Notes: a model not told the origin generated them from the sequence alone. 64,000 nucleotides of DNA from Candidatus Omnitrophota bacterium (GCA_015233115.1 JADFYJ010000004.1:70528-134527); one strand, 5' to 3'. Shown: positions 38,568 through 48,968, numbered from the stretch's first letter. Translations and numbers: made by a program.

Positions 38568-38644
38568 GTCCAACCGCGCGCTTTATTAAAAACCGCACCA
38601 ATAGTAACACATCAAAAATAATTTACAAAATATTTTTTTATGAT

Positions 38645-39856
38645 TTATGCAACTTGGGTTCGTTTAGGGACGATTACGATACCAGATGTCGTTAAGACAA
38701 AATGTTTGCGATCCTGTTCTTGATCATAACCAACCCTGGAACCGGCAGGAACGCGGACTTCTTTATCCAAAATCGCGTTTTGAATTTTCGCGCCTTTTTC
38801 GACAATCACGCCTTCCATAATAACGGAATTGCGCACTTCAGCCCCATCACCAATTTTGACATTAGGGGAAAGGATAGAACGCTCCACATAGCCGCCTTCA
38901 ATGATACATCCGCCGGATAACATTGAATTAATCACAGTCCCGGACCCGGACTCGGTTCGGACCATTTTAACCGGAGGATATTGTTCATGGAACGTTCGGA
39001 CCGGCCAAGTTTTATCATATAAATTAAATTCCGAATCCGCTTTCAAAAGGTCCATATTGGCATGATAATACGCGTCGCGGGTTCCAATATCCCTCCAATA
39101 TTTTGATTGCCCTTTATCATTCACAAAATTATACGCACACACTTTACGTTTATTTTTAATCATCTGCGGAATAACGTCCCGGCCAAAATCATGCTGAGAA
39201 GTTTCAAGCGCAGCATCAATTTCCAATTCCTTCTCTAAAATATCCCGGTTAAACAAATAAATACCCATGGACGCGGAAATCTTATCCTTTGTATTAGGAA
39301 TGATTTTTGGTTTATCCGGTTTTTCTTGAAAGCCTTTCACTCTTCCTTTACTATCCACTTCAATCACCCCAAAATCTTTAGAGGTTTCTTTTGGCATGCG
39401 CAAACACCCTACCGTCACATCGGCTTCCTGACTTATGTGCTGTTCAAACATTTCCGCGTAATTCATCTTATAAATATGATCGCCAGATAGCACCAAAACC
39501 CATTTAGGATTAGTATCATTAATTGTATAAATATTTTGATATATTGCGTCAGCTGTCCCCCTGTACCAATCCGCGCCGATCCGCTGTTGAGCCGGAATAA
39601 CATCAATAAATTCGCCGAGTTGACTGGACACCACATCCCAACCCGCCAATAAATGTTTCTGTAGGGAAAAAGATTTGTATTGGGTTAAAACATGAACACG
39701 CCTCAAACCCGAATTAACGCAGTTACTTAGGGTAAAATCAATAATACGATAAATACCGCCGAAAGGAACTGCCGGCTTAGCCCTGTCCCGGGTTAAAGGA
39801 TCCAGACGCTGACCACGTCCGCCTGCTAAAATAAAAGTTAAAACATCTCGTAACAA
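38645..39856 (-). CDS. glgC: Glucose-1-phosphate adenylyltransferase
   Basis: LAGGRG.RL.PLT..RAKPAVPFGG, GTADA, SGDHIYKM, ASMGIY, DFG, YWRDIGT. Confidence 0.98.
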   Translation of the reverse strand: MLRDVLTFILAGGRGQRLDPLTRDRAKPAVPFGGIYRIIDFTLSNCVNSGLRRVHVLTQYKSFSLQKHLLAGWDVVSSQLGEFIDVIPAQQRIGADWYRGTADAIYQNIYTINDTNPKWVLVLSGDHIYKMNYAEMFEQHISQEADVTVGCLRMPKETSKDFGVIEVDSKGRVKGFQEKPDKPKIIPNTKDKISASMGIYLFNRDILEKELEIDAALETSQHDFGRDVIPQMIKNKRKVCAYNFVNDKGQSKYWRDIGTRDAYYHANMDLLKADSEFNLYDKTWPVRTFHEQYPPVKMVRTESGSGTVINSMLSGGCIIEGGYVERSILSPNVKIGDGAEVRNSVIMEGVIVEKGAKIQNAILDKEVRVPAGSRVGYDQEQDRKHFVLTTSGIVIVPKRTQVA

Positions 39857-39886
39857 GGAAAACTCCTAAATTATTAAATTTTAAAA

Positions 39887-39957
39887 GCATGTAGCATATA
39901 GCATGTTGCATGTAGCAAGAAAATGTCATCCCCGAGTGCTTAAATCGGGGATCCAGT
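39887..39957. repeat. Heptamer array (GCATRTW x4) plus a GTCATCCCCG...CGGGGATCCAG palindromic unit
   Basis: gcatgta gcatata gcatgtt gcatgta; gtcatccccgagtgcttaaatcggggatccag at 39925-39956. Confidence 0.8.
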
Positions 39958-40013
39958 AAAAAAATTATTATACACTATCATAGAAAAATAACAAAAACTT
40001 TTCACCGCTTAGG

Positions 40014-42332
40014 TTAAAATTTGTTTTCTTTAATGAGTGTTTTTACTTCTTCGTTTTCAGGATTAATCTTATTCGCCATCACGAATTCGGTTTTGGCTTG
40101 TGGGATTTTTCCTTGGGCTAAATATAATTTTCCTAAACGGAGATGCGCTAAGTCTTGATCCGCTCCAGAGTTACGGCCGAGTTTAAAAAATTGTTCAGCC
40201 GGCTCATAGGCTTTTTGTTCAAGAACTAAATCTCCCACATCTAAAACTTTGGACACTTCTTGCGGTTTCATTTTATGAAAAGTTTCCAATTGCTGATACG
40301 CGTCGCCGTATTTTTTCATCTGCACATAGACTTTGGCCATCAATTGGTGGACGATTGCGTCGTTGGGCCAATCAGTAAGAATGTCCTGATATTCTTTCAA
40401 GGCTAGATCATACTTCTTTAGATCATAATAACACTGCGCGAAATCATATCTTACTTCATCATTATCCTCGGCTACAGACGCGGCATAACGTAAAAAAGGA
40501 TACGCATCCTCATATTTTTTCTGAAGAGCATAAATCCGGCCTATCACGTAATATGACTCATAAAATGTCGGCGATATTTTCATGGCTTCCTTAGCCTCAG
40601 CCATAGCAGGTTCAAGCAATTGCAAACTAAAAAGAGTATCGGCACGGGTTTGATTCCGGTAAGGACGGACTCTCTCAGCCTTCATCTGAAAAATATCTTC
40701 GGTTTTGGCCTGCCACTTAGATAGATCCATTCCAAATTGTTTAATCCAGACCTTATTTTGTTCAATGTCTCGCAAGAAAATGACGGCATCACAATCAAAA
40801 TAAACAACTTTCCATTGAGGAGAATTATAAAAATATTTTAGAACATCTTTAGGAATTGTTTGCCGCGCGGAATTTAGAAATGCACCAGTTGCTCCAGCGT
40901 CTTCCACATATTTTTTTATAGCGTCTGGCTCGCCTTTTTGCCAAACTTTCAGATAATGCTCAAAAAAATCTTTTCCGTAAAATTCCGTTCTGCCGTCAAT
41001 AAAAACTTTAACATCCGGCCAAGCTCGGCCAATTAAATAAGCGCCGGAATTAAAATCATTAAAAAATTTTCCGGAAATTTTATTTTTGTTTAAAAAATCT
41101 ACAGCTTGCGCAGGATAATCCCGCAAAGATACCCCGCCATATTCGCTTTTACGTTTAAAATTATCAAAATCATAATACCCCCGAAATATGTCTCCGTTAA
41201 ACATATTAAAAATACTAAGTATCACCAGCACTTTAGCCGCGATTTCAGTAATAAACACAAAAACCGGTTTTTTAAATGTCAGCGGAATAACATCTGAGGC
41301 TTTCAGCTGATAAATATTGGTGATAATCACCAGATACGCCGCGACCGCAAAAAAAACTAAATTGCGAACCGCGCTTAAAGAAAAAAATAGAAATACCAGC
41401 CAAAAAAATAAAGCGCTGATATCAATTTTCCTGCGATTCAAAAAAAATGATGCCGCTGACAACAGAATCATCAATTTATACGCGCCGTCTTGATGCAAAG
41501 AAAACAATTCCCCTGACGCTAAAGGCCTTTTTAATTCCTGAATAAATTGAAAAAAAACTTTATTTTGACCATTCAGCGTTGATATAAGCACATCAACCGG
41601 ATATCCGGCTCCCCGCCAAAAATACGGATTAATAAAACACGCTAAAACGACAACTCCCAATATAATTTTTAACCCGCGGTATTCTTCATCCGTTAACCGC
41701 CCAATTGAGTTCCACTCCCCTGGCAAACGGACTTTTCTTTTAATAAATTCTGAAACTATTCCCATCAATATAAATAATGGCCCAAAAAAGAAAAATCCAT
41801 GGAAATTAACCCACACCACCTGCACCAAAAATAAAAAAGGCAAGGTCCACTTTTTATCAATATGCAGTGAAAGGACATAAATATACACGGTGAAAAACAA
41901 TAAACTGAACAGATCGGGCCTGACTGTAAACCGTTGTTGCAAAATTGTCGCTACGACAAATAACAAGGGGATCACCAGAATTTGTTTTTCTTTATCATTC
42001 GCCATAAAAAACAACAATCCTAAAACGCCGAGCACCAGCAGTCCTTGCATAACCTGAAGGCCGTTCCACCCCCATAAGTTGTGAATGTGATAAATCACCA
42101 CCTGAAACAGCCACTCATGATCAATCCACGCCTTTCCCGGTAACGTCCAAGACATCATATCCGCTTGAGGAATATGCCCGGTTTGCGCAATATATTTTCC
42201 CATGCTTAAGTGCAGCCATAAATCCAAATCACGAATTTCAATCTGCGCGGCCTGAAAAATAAATCCGAACAAAATACCCAAGGCAACTAACCCCAGGTAA
42301 AAGCTAAGTTGTTTCAAAATTTTTTCTATCAT
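40014..42332 (-). CDS. Polytopic membrane protein (GT-C-like) with C-terminal TPR repeats
   Basis: DLWLHL..G, W..HEWL, RP..F, W.N.HG.F, VFIDGR; helical TPR-like C-terminus. Confidence 0.8.
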   Translation of the reverse strand: MIEKILKQLSFYLGLVALGILFGFIFQAAQIEIRDLDLWLHLSMGKYIAQTGHIPQADMMSWTLPGKAWIDHEWLFQVVIYHIHNLWGWNGLQVMQGLLVLGVLGLLFFMANDKEKQILVIPLLFVVATILQQRFTVRPDLFSLLFFTVYIYVLSLHIDKKWTLPFLFLVQVVWVNFHGFFFFGPLFILMGIVSEFIKRKVRLPGEWNSIGRLTDEEYRGLKIILGVVVLACFINPYFWRGAGYPVDVLISTLNGQNKVFFQFIQELKRPLASGELFSLHQDGAYKLMILLSAASFFLNRRKIDISALFFWLVFLFFSLSAVRNLVFFAVAAYLVIITNIYQLKASDVIPLTFKKPVFVFITEIAAKVLVILSIFNMFNGDIFRGYYDFDNFKRKSEYGGVSLRDYPAQAVDFLNKNKISGKFFNDFNSGAYLIGRAWPDVKVFIDGRTEFYGKDFFEHYLKVWQKGEPDAIKKYVEDAGATGAFLNSARQTIPKDVLKYFYNSPQWKVVYFDCDAVIFLRDIEQNKVWIKQFGMDLSKWQAKTEDIFQMKAERVRPYRNQTRADTLFSLQLLEPAMAEAKEAMKISPTFYESYYVIGRIYALQKKYEDAYPFLRYAASVAEDNDEVRYDFAQCYYDLKKYDLALKEYQDILTDWPNDAIVHQLMAKVYVQMKKYGDAYQQLETFHKMKPQEVSKVLDVGDLVLEQKAYEPAEQFFKLGRNSGADQDLAHLRLGKLYLAQGKIPQAKTEFVMANKINPENEEVKTLIKENKF

Positions 42333-43114
42333 ATATGCGCTGCCGTTAATAATTGCTTGGTATATGGATGCTGTGGCACATTAAATATGTTTTCCGTTGA
42401 ATCTATTTCTACAACTTTTCCTTGAAACATAACAGCCACCCGATCACTAATCTTACGCGCCACGCGCATGTTATGGGTGATAAAAACATAAGTTAAATTG
42501 AATTTCCGGCGTAAATCCGTTAATAAATCCAGAATTTGTTTTTGGATCAATACGTCTAACGCGGAAACAGCTTCATCTAAAATTAAAATTTTGGGACTGG
42601 GAACCAAGGCGCGAGCAATCGCGATACGCTGTCTTTCGCCGCCGCTGAATTCATGCGGATATCGATCCAGCATATCATATGACAACCCGGTAGCTTTAAG
42701 TAATTCCGAAACTCTGGCATCTTTTTTAGATGACACTCTAAATAAATCCGGCCTGAGGCCCATTGGTTCATATAAAATCTGGCGGATCGTATACCGCGGG
42801 TCCAAACTGCTGTGAGGATCCTGAAACACTATTTGCATTGATTGACGTAAAGCTAAAAGAGCTTTTCCTCGTGACGCAATATCCTCTCCGTTAAAAATAA
42901 TTTTTCCTTCATCACATGGATATAACCCGATCATCATCCGTACCAAAGTCGTTTTACCGCATCCAGATTCACCGACAATGCTTAAACTCTCTCCGCCCAT
43001 AACAGACAAATTGACCCCATCAACAGCCTTAACCATATGAACCTGATGGCTGAATAGCCCGGGTTTAGAAGAGAAATATTTTTTAACATAATGAAGCTGT
43101 AGAATAGTATCCAT
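42329..43114 (-). CDS. Peptide ABC transporter ATPase (OppF/DppF-like)
   Basis: GESGCGKTT, FQDP, YPHEFSGGERQR, LDE. Confidence 0.95.
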   Translation of the reverse strand: MDTILQLHYVKKYFSSKPGLFSHQVHMVKAVDGVNLSVMGGESLSIVGESGCGKTTLVRMMIGLYPCDEGKIIFNGEDIASRGKALLALRQSMQIVFQDPHSSLDPRYTIRQILYEPMGLRPDLFRVSSKKDARVSELLKATGLSYDMLDRYPHEFSGGERQRIAIARALVPSPKILILDEAVSALDVLIQKQILDLLTDLRRKFNLTYVFITHNMRVARKISDRVAVMFQGKVVEIDSTENIFNVPQHPYTKQLLTAAHI

Positions 43115-43133
43115 TTTTTCTATCCTAATATAT

Positions 43134-43901
43134 TTAAAGGGTTGCTTCGATTAATTTTTTCGTATAATCATCTTTAGGAAAATTCATAATATGGCCGCAT
43201 GCGCCTTGTTCAACTACTTCCCCTTGAGACAAAACAACAATATCATCGGCCATATATTGCGCCATGGCCAAATCATGCGTAATCAAGAGCATAGATAAAC
43301 CCAGCTCCTTTTGAAGCTTTTTAAACAATTCCATAATCTTGGCCTGCAAGGTCACATCCAGACTGCTAGTCGGTTCATCCGCAATCAAAAGTTTAGGACC
43401 AGCGGCAATGGCTTGAGCGATCATGGCGCGCTGGCGCATTCCTCCGCTTAATTGATGCGGATAACTACGCAAAATCCGCTCCGGATCAGGTAAACCAACG
43501 AGATCTAACAATTCTTGCATCCTTTTTATCCGGGTTGGATGATCCAATTGAGTATGATAACGCAACACTTCATCAATCTGAAAACCGATTTGAAAAAGCG
43601 GGTTAAACGCGTGCAATGGCTCTTGAAAAACCATGCCAATATCTTTCCCGCGGACTAAACGCATTTGATGTTCCGCAAGACTTAATAAATTGACTCCGGA
43701 TAAAATAATTTTTCCGCTTTGAATTTTTAAGGCAGGATTAAGCAGCTGTAAAATCGAAAGACCAATAGTCGTCTTGCCGCTGCCGGAACCGCCCACCAGT
43801 GCCGTTACTTTTTCAGCCTTAACATCAAAGCCTAAATTGTTGATGAGCAAACGATTAGCAACGGAGACATTTAGGTTTTGGATATGTAATATAGGTTTCA
43901 T
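43134..43901 (-). CDS. Peptide ABC transporter ATPase (OppD/DppD-like)
   Basis: GSGSGKT, FQEP, YPHQLSGGMRQR, ADEPT. Confidence 0.95.
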   Translation of the reverse strand: MKPILHIQNLNVSVANRLLINNLGFDVKAEKVTALVGGSGSGKTTIGLSILQLLNPALKIQSGKIILSGVNLLSLAEHQMRLVRGKDIGMVFQEPLHAFNPLFQIGFQIDEVLRYHTQLDHPTRIKRMQELLDLVGLPDPERILRSYPHQLSGGMRQRAMIAQAIAAGPKLLIADEPTSSLDVTLQAKIMELFKKLQKELGLSMLLITHDLAMAQYMADDIVVLSQGEVVEQGACGHIMNFPKDDYTKKLIEATL

Positions 43902-43921
43902 AATTTAATAAATGATTTGTC

Positions 43922-44066
43922 GTAGGGGCGATCTCCCGATCGCCCGCTTACAAGTTATTCGCTTTTTAATTCGATCAAAAAAACAAAAAATAAAAAACCT
44001 AAAAAAACCTGAAATGTTAAATTTATAAATCTTTAATAGTGCGGGCGATCAGGAGATCGCCCCTAC
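43922..44066. repeat. Inverted pair of GTAG REP hairpins (43922-43946, 44042-44066)
   Basis: Match to the REP consensus on opposite strands. Confidence 0.9.
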
Positions 44067-44086
44067 AACCAAAACGCTATCTCTTA

Positions 44087-45169
44087 CTATTTATTTAAGG
44101 GGTCAAAACAATCCCTTAAACGGTTACCTACCACATTAAAACACATGACGGTTACGAAAATATATACACCCGGGATTAATATCCAGGGATGAAGCTGGAC
44201 GTGCGCGATAGCCATGGCGTCAGACAACATGTTACCCCAACTTGGTAAAGGATCCTGTATTCCCAGCCCAATCAAACTCAAGGCTGCTTCACCAAGGATA
44301 TAACCTGGAATAGATAAGGTCACCGCAACTATTGAGTAAGAAACCGTGTGAGGTAAAATATGCCGAGTGATGATTTGCCAATCGGTTAAGCCCATAGTTT
44401 TCGCCGCCAAAACATAATCCCGCTCTCTTAACGAAATACTCATGCCCCGGATGATACGCGCCAGTCCTGCCCAACCGATCAATGACAAAATGATCACAAT
44501 GGAAAAGTAAATTTGATAAGAATTAAAATTGTCCGGAACAGCACTGCGTAACGCGAGCATTAAATAAAAACCCGGCACCAACATAAACATTTCACAGATC
44601 CGCATCAAAACTGAATCTATTTTACCGCCATAATACCCTGCCGTCCCTCCGACCAGTAATCCCAACGCAAAAGATATGGCCACACCGATTAAACCAATGG
44701 TCAAAGAAATTCGTCCGCCATAAAACAAGCGGGAAAAAAGATCACGTCCCCGGCTGTCCGCGCCGAATAAATAGATGCGCGCCGGTTCTTTCACTCCGAA
44801 TAAGTGGGTTTTACTCTTAAACACGCCTAAAAAATTATATTCTTCACCAGAAAAAAATATTTGTAACGGGGCAGGATGGGCCCGATCTTCCACATAAATC
44901 CGTTTATGTAATTCATCAAATGTAAAAGACACGGGACACACATAAGGCCAAGTTATATAACCTTTATCAGCCATAAACCGAATTTTAGTCGGCGGAGCAT
45001 AAGACATGTTCCGGTTCTCATTATCAAACGCGTAGGGAGATAAAAAATCCGCAAACAAAGCGCCAGCATACAAACCCACCAAAATAATAAAACACACCAG
45101 CACCCAGCGCTTACGCGAAAAGTTTCGCCAAACCAATCCCCATCGGCTGACCGGTTTATTGTTTCTCAT
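44087..45169 (-). CDS. Peptide ABC transporter permease (OppC-like)
   Basis: GAD..GRDLFSR..YG.RISL, YV.AA..MG, RHILP, SWG.ML. Confidence 0.95.
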   Translation of the reverse strand: MRNNKPVSRWGLVWRNFSRKRWVLVCFIILVGLYAGALFADFLSPYAFDNENRNMSYAPPTKIRFMADKGYITWPYVCPVSFTFDELHKRIYVEDRAHPAPLQIFFSGEEYNFLGVFKSKTHLFGVKEPARIYLFGADSRGRDLFSRLFYGGRISLTIGLIGVAISFALGLLVGGTAGYYGGKIDSVLMRICEMFMLVPGFYLMLALRSAVPDNFNSYQIYFSIVIILSLIGWAGLARIIRGMSISLRERDYVLAAKTMGLTDWQIITRHILPHTVSYSIVAVTLSIPGYILGEAALSLIGLGIQDPLPSWGNMLSDAMAIAHVQLHPWILIPGVYIFVTVMCFNVVGNRLRDCFDPLNK

Positions 45170-46127
45170 ATCGTATCCTCGGATCCGACCACACCAGTAA
45201 AATATCCGCTATCAAATTTCCCAACACCAATAAAATACCGCCCATCAACATACTCGCCATGACTAAATACACATCTTTTGAACGGACAGCGGTTAACATG
45301 AGCGACCCCAAACCCGGCCAATTACAAATGATCTCGGTCAATGCTGCACCGCTTAAAAGTCCGGATAATTCATAACCGAATAAAGTGATCAATGGATTAA
45401 TGGCGTTACGTAACGCGTGCACATACAAAACCCGTCCTTCCGGAAGACCTTTCGCTCTCGCGGTTAAAATATATTGCTGCCCCATGACTTCTAAAAAATT
45501 CCCGCGCATGATCATTTGTAAGGCGCCTAATGAACCGATAGAAATAGCCAAAGTCGGAATTACCAGATGTTTCAATAAATCCAAAAATTTTCCCCACCAG
45601 GGCAAAAGATCATACGACGCGCTGTGCATCCCTCCCAGCGGCAAACCTCCCGTTAAACTCACTATGAACAAAAGCAATAACGCCAAAAAAAAACTAGGAA
45701 TCGATAGGCCGCAAAACGACACAAAGGACAATAATTTATCAATCCATTTTCCACGGCTGACTGCCGCCCAAATGCCCAAAGGAATCGCGACCAGCCAGGT
45801 TAAAAGTAAACTAGCTAATGCTAAAATAAATGTATTCATCAAACGCGGTCCTAAAACTTTTACGACCGGGATATTATAAAAAAAAGAATAACCGAACTGC
45901 AGATGAACAATATTTTTCAGCCAATAAACGTATTGATACCACCACGGTTTATCCAATTGATATAACTGTTCATAACGCAGAATAGTTTCTTTGGAAATCT
46001 GCGGATCTAAACGCAAAGAATCAAAAAAATTTCCCGGAGTCAAATGCATCAAAAAAAACGTGAGCATAGACATCACGAGCAATAATGGAATAGCAATTAG
46101 AATACGTTTTAAAATGTATTTAATCAT
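45156..46127 (-). CDS. Peptide ABC transporter permease (OppB-like)
   Basis: YI.TARAKGL....V...HALRNA, WPGLG, DPRIR. Confidence 0.95.
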   Translation of the reverse strand: MIKYILKRILIAIPLLLVMSMLTFFLMHLTPGNFFDSLRLDPQISKETILRYEQLYQLDKPWWYQYVYWLKNIVHLQFGYSFFYNIPVVKVLGPRLMNTFILALASLLLTWLVAIPLGIWAAVSRGKWIDKLLSFVSFCGLSIPSFFLALLLLFIVSLTGGLPLGGMHSASYDLLPWWGKFLDLLKHLVIPTLAISIGSLGALQMIMRGNFLEVMGQQYILTARAKGLPEGRVLYVHALRNAINPLITLFGYELSGLLSGAALTEIICNWPGLGSLMLTAVRSKDVYLVMASMLMGGILLVLGNLIADILLVWSDPRIRYEKQ

Positions 46128-46140
46128 AAAATTTTATACA

Positions 46141-47034
46141 TCATTGCTTCTCGATTACCGCCAAAAAATGGATAGCCATATGGGGGATAACAGCATTGAT
46201 GAATGCGTCGAGATATTTAAAATATTTCCAATCATACATGTCATGTTTAATTTGCGCCGGGATCAAAGGCAAACGAAAACCCATTTTTTTAAATTTAACC
46301 CATTTATTATTTGGACAGCATTTATCAACCAATGAACAAAATTCTTTTTTAGACAATACTTGATTAAAAGCCCCATAGACGCCATTAAATTCCGTAAAAG
46401 TTCCGCCTTTAATAATATTTTTGAGCGATTTAGTTTGTACGCGAGCAATAATCAATTTGCCCTTGGGTTCAAGTATCCGCCAGCACTCACGCAAATGTAA
46501 TTGCGCAATATTCGGAGTCACAGAAGTTATAATCGCGGACGATAAAACCTGAGGAATACTATTATCCGGAAAATCCGTCATACCTGTAGGAGAAAAAACG
46601 AGTTCAACTTTTTTCTCATCCGGAAAAACTTTTCTAGCCTCTAAAAGCCGCAAATAATTCAACTCAAGCCCAATCACCTTAGGTAATTTGGTCCAATACG
46701 TGTCTTTCCAGTCAGGACCGCCGCACCCCATATCAATCAACGCTTTACTGTAATCAATTTCTGATTCAAATAACCCATTAAAATATTGTCTCATTTTACC
46801 AACATCGGAACCGGTAAAAACTTTATCAGATTGAGTTTTAACTTCAGTTGTCCGTCTGACAATTTCCAAATAATTCATGACCAACAAATAGCTAATAGTC
46901 CCTTCCGGATGCCCCTGAAAACCCAAATGCGTTTTAATATGATGCTTCTCTAAAAGCTTAATAACCTCAGCATAATATTGCACGACCATATTATTAAAGT
47001 CCTGGCAAGTCGTCAGTTCTTTTTCAATTTTCAT
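46141..47034 (-). CDS. Putative class I SAM-dependent methyltransferase
   Basis: LIDMGCGG motif I; LRECWRILEPKG. Confidence 0.7.
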   Translation of the reverse strand: MKIEKELTTCQDFNNMVVQYYAEVIKLLEKHHIKTHLGFQGHPEGTISYLLVMNYLEIVRRTTEVKTQSDKVFTGSDVGKMRQYFNGLFESEIDYSKALIDMGCGGPDWKDTYWTKLPKVIGLELNYLRLLEARKVFPDEKKVELVFSPTGMTDFPDNSIPQVLSSAIITSVTPNIAQLHLRECWRILEPKGKLIIARVQTKSLKNIIKGGTFTEFNGVYGAFNQVLSKKEFCSLVDKCCPNNKWVKFKKMGFRLPLIPAQIKHDMYDWKYFKYLDAFINAVIPHMAIHFLAVIEKQ

Positions 47035-47071
47035 ATTGCCTCCCTATCTTCAATCGTATAGCGCTTATCGT

Positions 47072-48823
47072 CTATTTCTTGACAAATATTTCTTCAATAT
47101 TATGAAACACCCCGCCAAACGCTGTTGGTTTTAAATTACCGAATTTGTTCCTGACAGCCGCTAATCGAGCATTTAAGACAGTGTAGATGAATGGTGCCTG
47201 ATCCGCAACGATTTCCTGATATTCGTCATATAAAACTTTACGTTTTTTTTGGTCTAATTCCTGGACACCCGCGTTAAATATTTCATCAATCCGCTTTTCC
47301 CATGCCGTGGCCGGTTCTTTTTGCGCGGGATACCACATGTGCAGCTGGCCAGACGACATCCAGACATTGTTACCGAAATGCGGATCACTGCCCCCTCCAG
47401 TCAAACCTAAAATAATAGCGTCCCAATCATAACTGCCCGTTAATTTACTGACCAAAGTATTAAATTCTAACAATTGAAAATTAACCTTCATGCCCAAAGA
47501 TTCCAAATCCCTGCGGATAATGCCCGCAATTTGAATACGCTCCGTTGCTCCGGAATTGGTGAATAAATTAAATTCAAGTTTATTACCGTCTGCATCTTGT
47601 AAAATACCATTATTATTTTTCGTAAATCCGGCTTTTTTTAAAATTTCAGCGGCTTGTTCCAAATTGAATTCATAATGTTGGACGTGGGGATTATAAAAAT
47701 CTTTCCGCGCCTCACTTATGGCAGAATATTGCTCATACCCTAAACCATTTAACACGATTTCCAAAATGCGTTTTTTATCAACAGCATAGGCAACAGCTCT
47801 GCGAAAATCAGGATTGGTAAACCATTTTAATTTATAAGCCGGAATACGCGTTTTTTGGGTCTGGGGGTCGACACTGATATTCTCATTGAACACTAAAAAA
47901 TTGGTGCCCATGTCCGGGCCCAGATCAAAGATCTTAAAATTACTGTGAGCCTCCTTCGCTTTTAGTAAGGGATAATCCGTGCCCTGCAAACCCACATAAT
48001 CAATCTCTCCATCCATAAATTTTAAAAGCATGGTATCCGTATTCTGCACTATCAAATAAATGATCCGGCTTAAATACGGCAATTTCTCTCCCTGAGCACC
48101 TTTCTTCCAATAATAGGGATTCCCCTCAAATACCAACCGTTCTCCCGGATGATATTCAGTTAAACGAAATGGGCCGGTCCCTACGATTTCTTGGGGAGGA
48201 GTATCAATCCCCCAGAAAAAATTAAATTTTTTATCTTGAACAGCTCGAGCCAGCTTATGCTTGGGAAGAATACTTTGTCCCATACTGTTTAGAAACGGGG
48301 CAAATTTTGTCGGCAGTGTAAACCGGACTGTATAATCGTCGATTTTTTCAACTTTAAATATTTTTTTTTCAATGGTAAACATGTCGCGGGAGGAACTGGG
48401 GATATCCGGATTATAGATCAAATCATTGAAGGTAAAAACCACATCATTGGCGGTAAAAGGCACGCCATCATTCCAGCGAACATCTTTACGCAGATAAAAG
48501 ATCCACTGCAACCCATCTTCTGTGACAGTCCAATGTTGGGCTAAATTCGGTCCAACGGAAAGATCAAATGGATTCGTACGCGTGAGACCTTCAAATATCA
48601 ATTCTGTCACATCACTAGTCGAAGTTTCTTTTGCTACGATATCATTGAATGATTTCGGATCACTGGTTGTTGCCATGACAAGCTGACCACCATACCGGGA
48701 TACGGGAACGCGGGAATTTTCAGCTGCACAAAGGGTAAAAGTTATAAGCCCTATCCCTAAGAAGATAAACCCAAATTTTGCAGAAACAAAATTTGCCCAG
48801 AGGGCCGACTGAGAAAATCTCAT
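47072..48823 (-). CDS. Peptide ABC transporter substrate-binding protein (family 5); start uncertain
   Basis: DPKSFN, PNLA..W, LRKDVRW.DG.PFTA.DV.FT, VGTGPF, NPYYW. Confidence 0.93.
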   Translation of the reverse strand: MRFSQSALWANFVSAKFGFIFLGIGLITFTLCAAENSRVPVSRYGGQLVMATTSDPKSFNDIVAKETSTSDVTELIFEGLTRTNPFDLSVGPNLAQHWTVTEDGLQWIFYLRKDVRWNDGVPFTANDVVFTFNDLIYNPDIPSSSRDMFTIEKKIFKVEKIDDYTVRFTLPTKFAPFLNSMGQSILPKHKLARAVQDKKFNFFWGIDTPPQEIVGTGPFRLTEYHPGERLVFEGNPYYWKKGAQGEKLPYLSRIIYLIVQNTDTMLLKFMDGEIDYVGLQGTDYPLLKAKEAHSNFKIFDLGPDMGTNFLVFNENISVDPQTQKTRIPAYKLKWFTNPDFRRAVAYAVDKKRILEIVLNGLGYEQYSAISEARKDFYNPHVQHYEFNLEQAAEILKKAGFTKNNNGILQDADGNKLEFNLFTNSGATERIQIAGIIRRDLESLGMKVNFQLLEFNTLVSKLTGSYDWDAIILGLTGGGSDPHFGNNVWMSSGQLHMWYPAQKEPATAWEKRIDEIFNAGVQELDQKKRKVLYDEYQEIVADQAPFIYTVLNARLAAVRNKFGNLKPTAFGGVFHNIEEIFVKK

Positions 48824-48923
48824 CGAGATTTTCTCGTGCTTGTCGGGGTTATCCCCAAGTTTGCATTGCCGTTTTTCATATATAAATAAACCATACCAAC
48901 TCACCATCAATGCAAAATTGGGG

Positions 48924-48968
48924 GCAAAAAAAGCCTTTAGAATTTTTTTAAAATTTTCTAAAGGCTTT
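48924..48968 (-). terminator. Putative intrinsic terminator after secG
   Basis: AAAGCCTTTAGAA / TTCTAAAGGCTTT stem ending in a T7 run on the minus strand. Confidence 0.7.

Noticed and set aside
1067-44066. REP copies or the 50-bp repeat as a CRISPR array
   Set aside because: REPs are dispersed and inverted, the 50-bp units have no spacers, and there are no cas genes.
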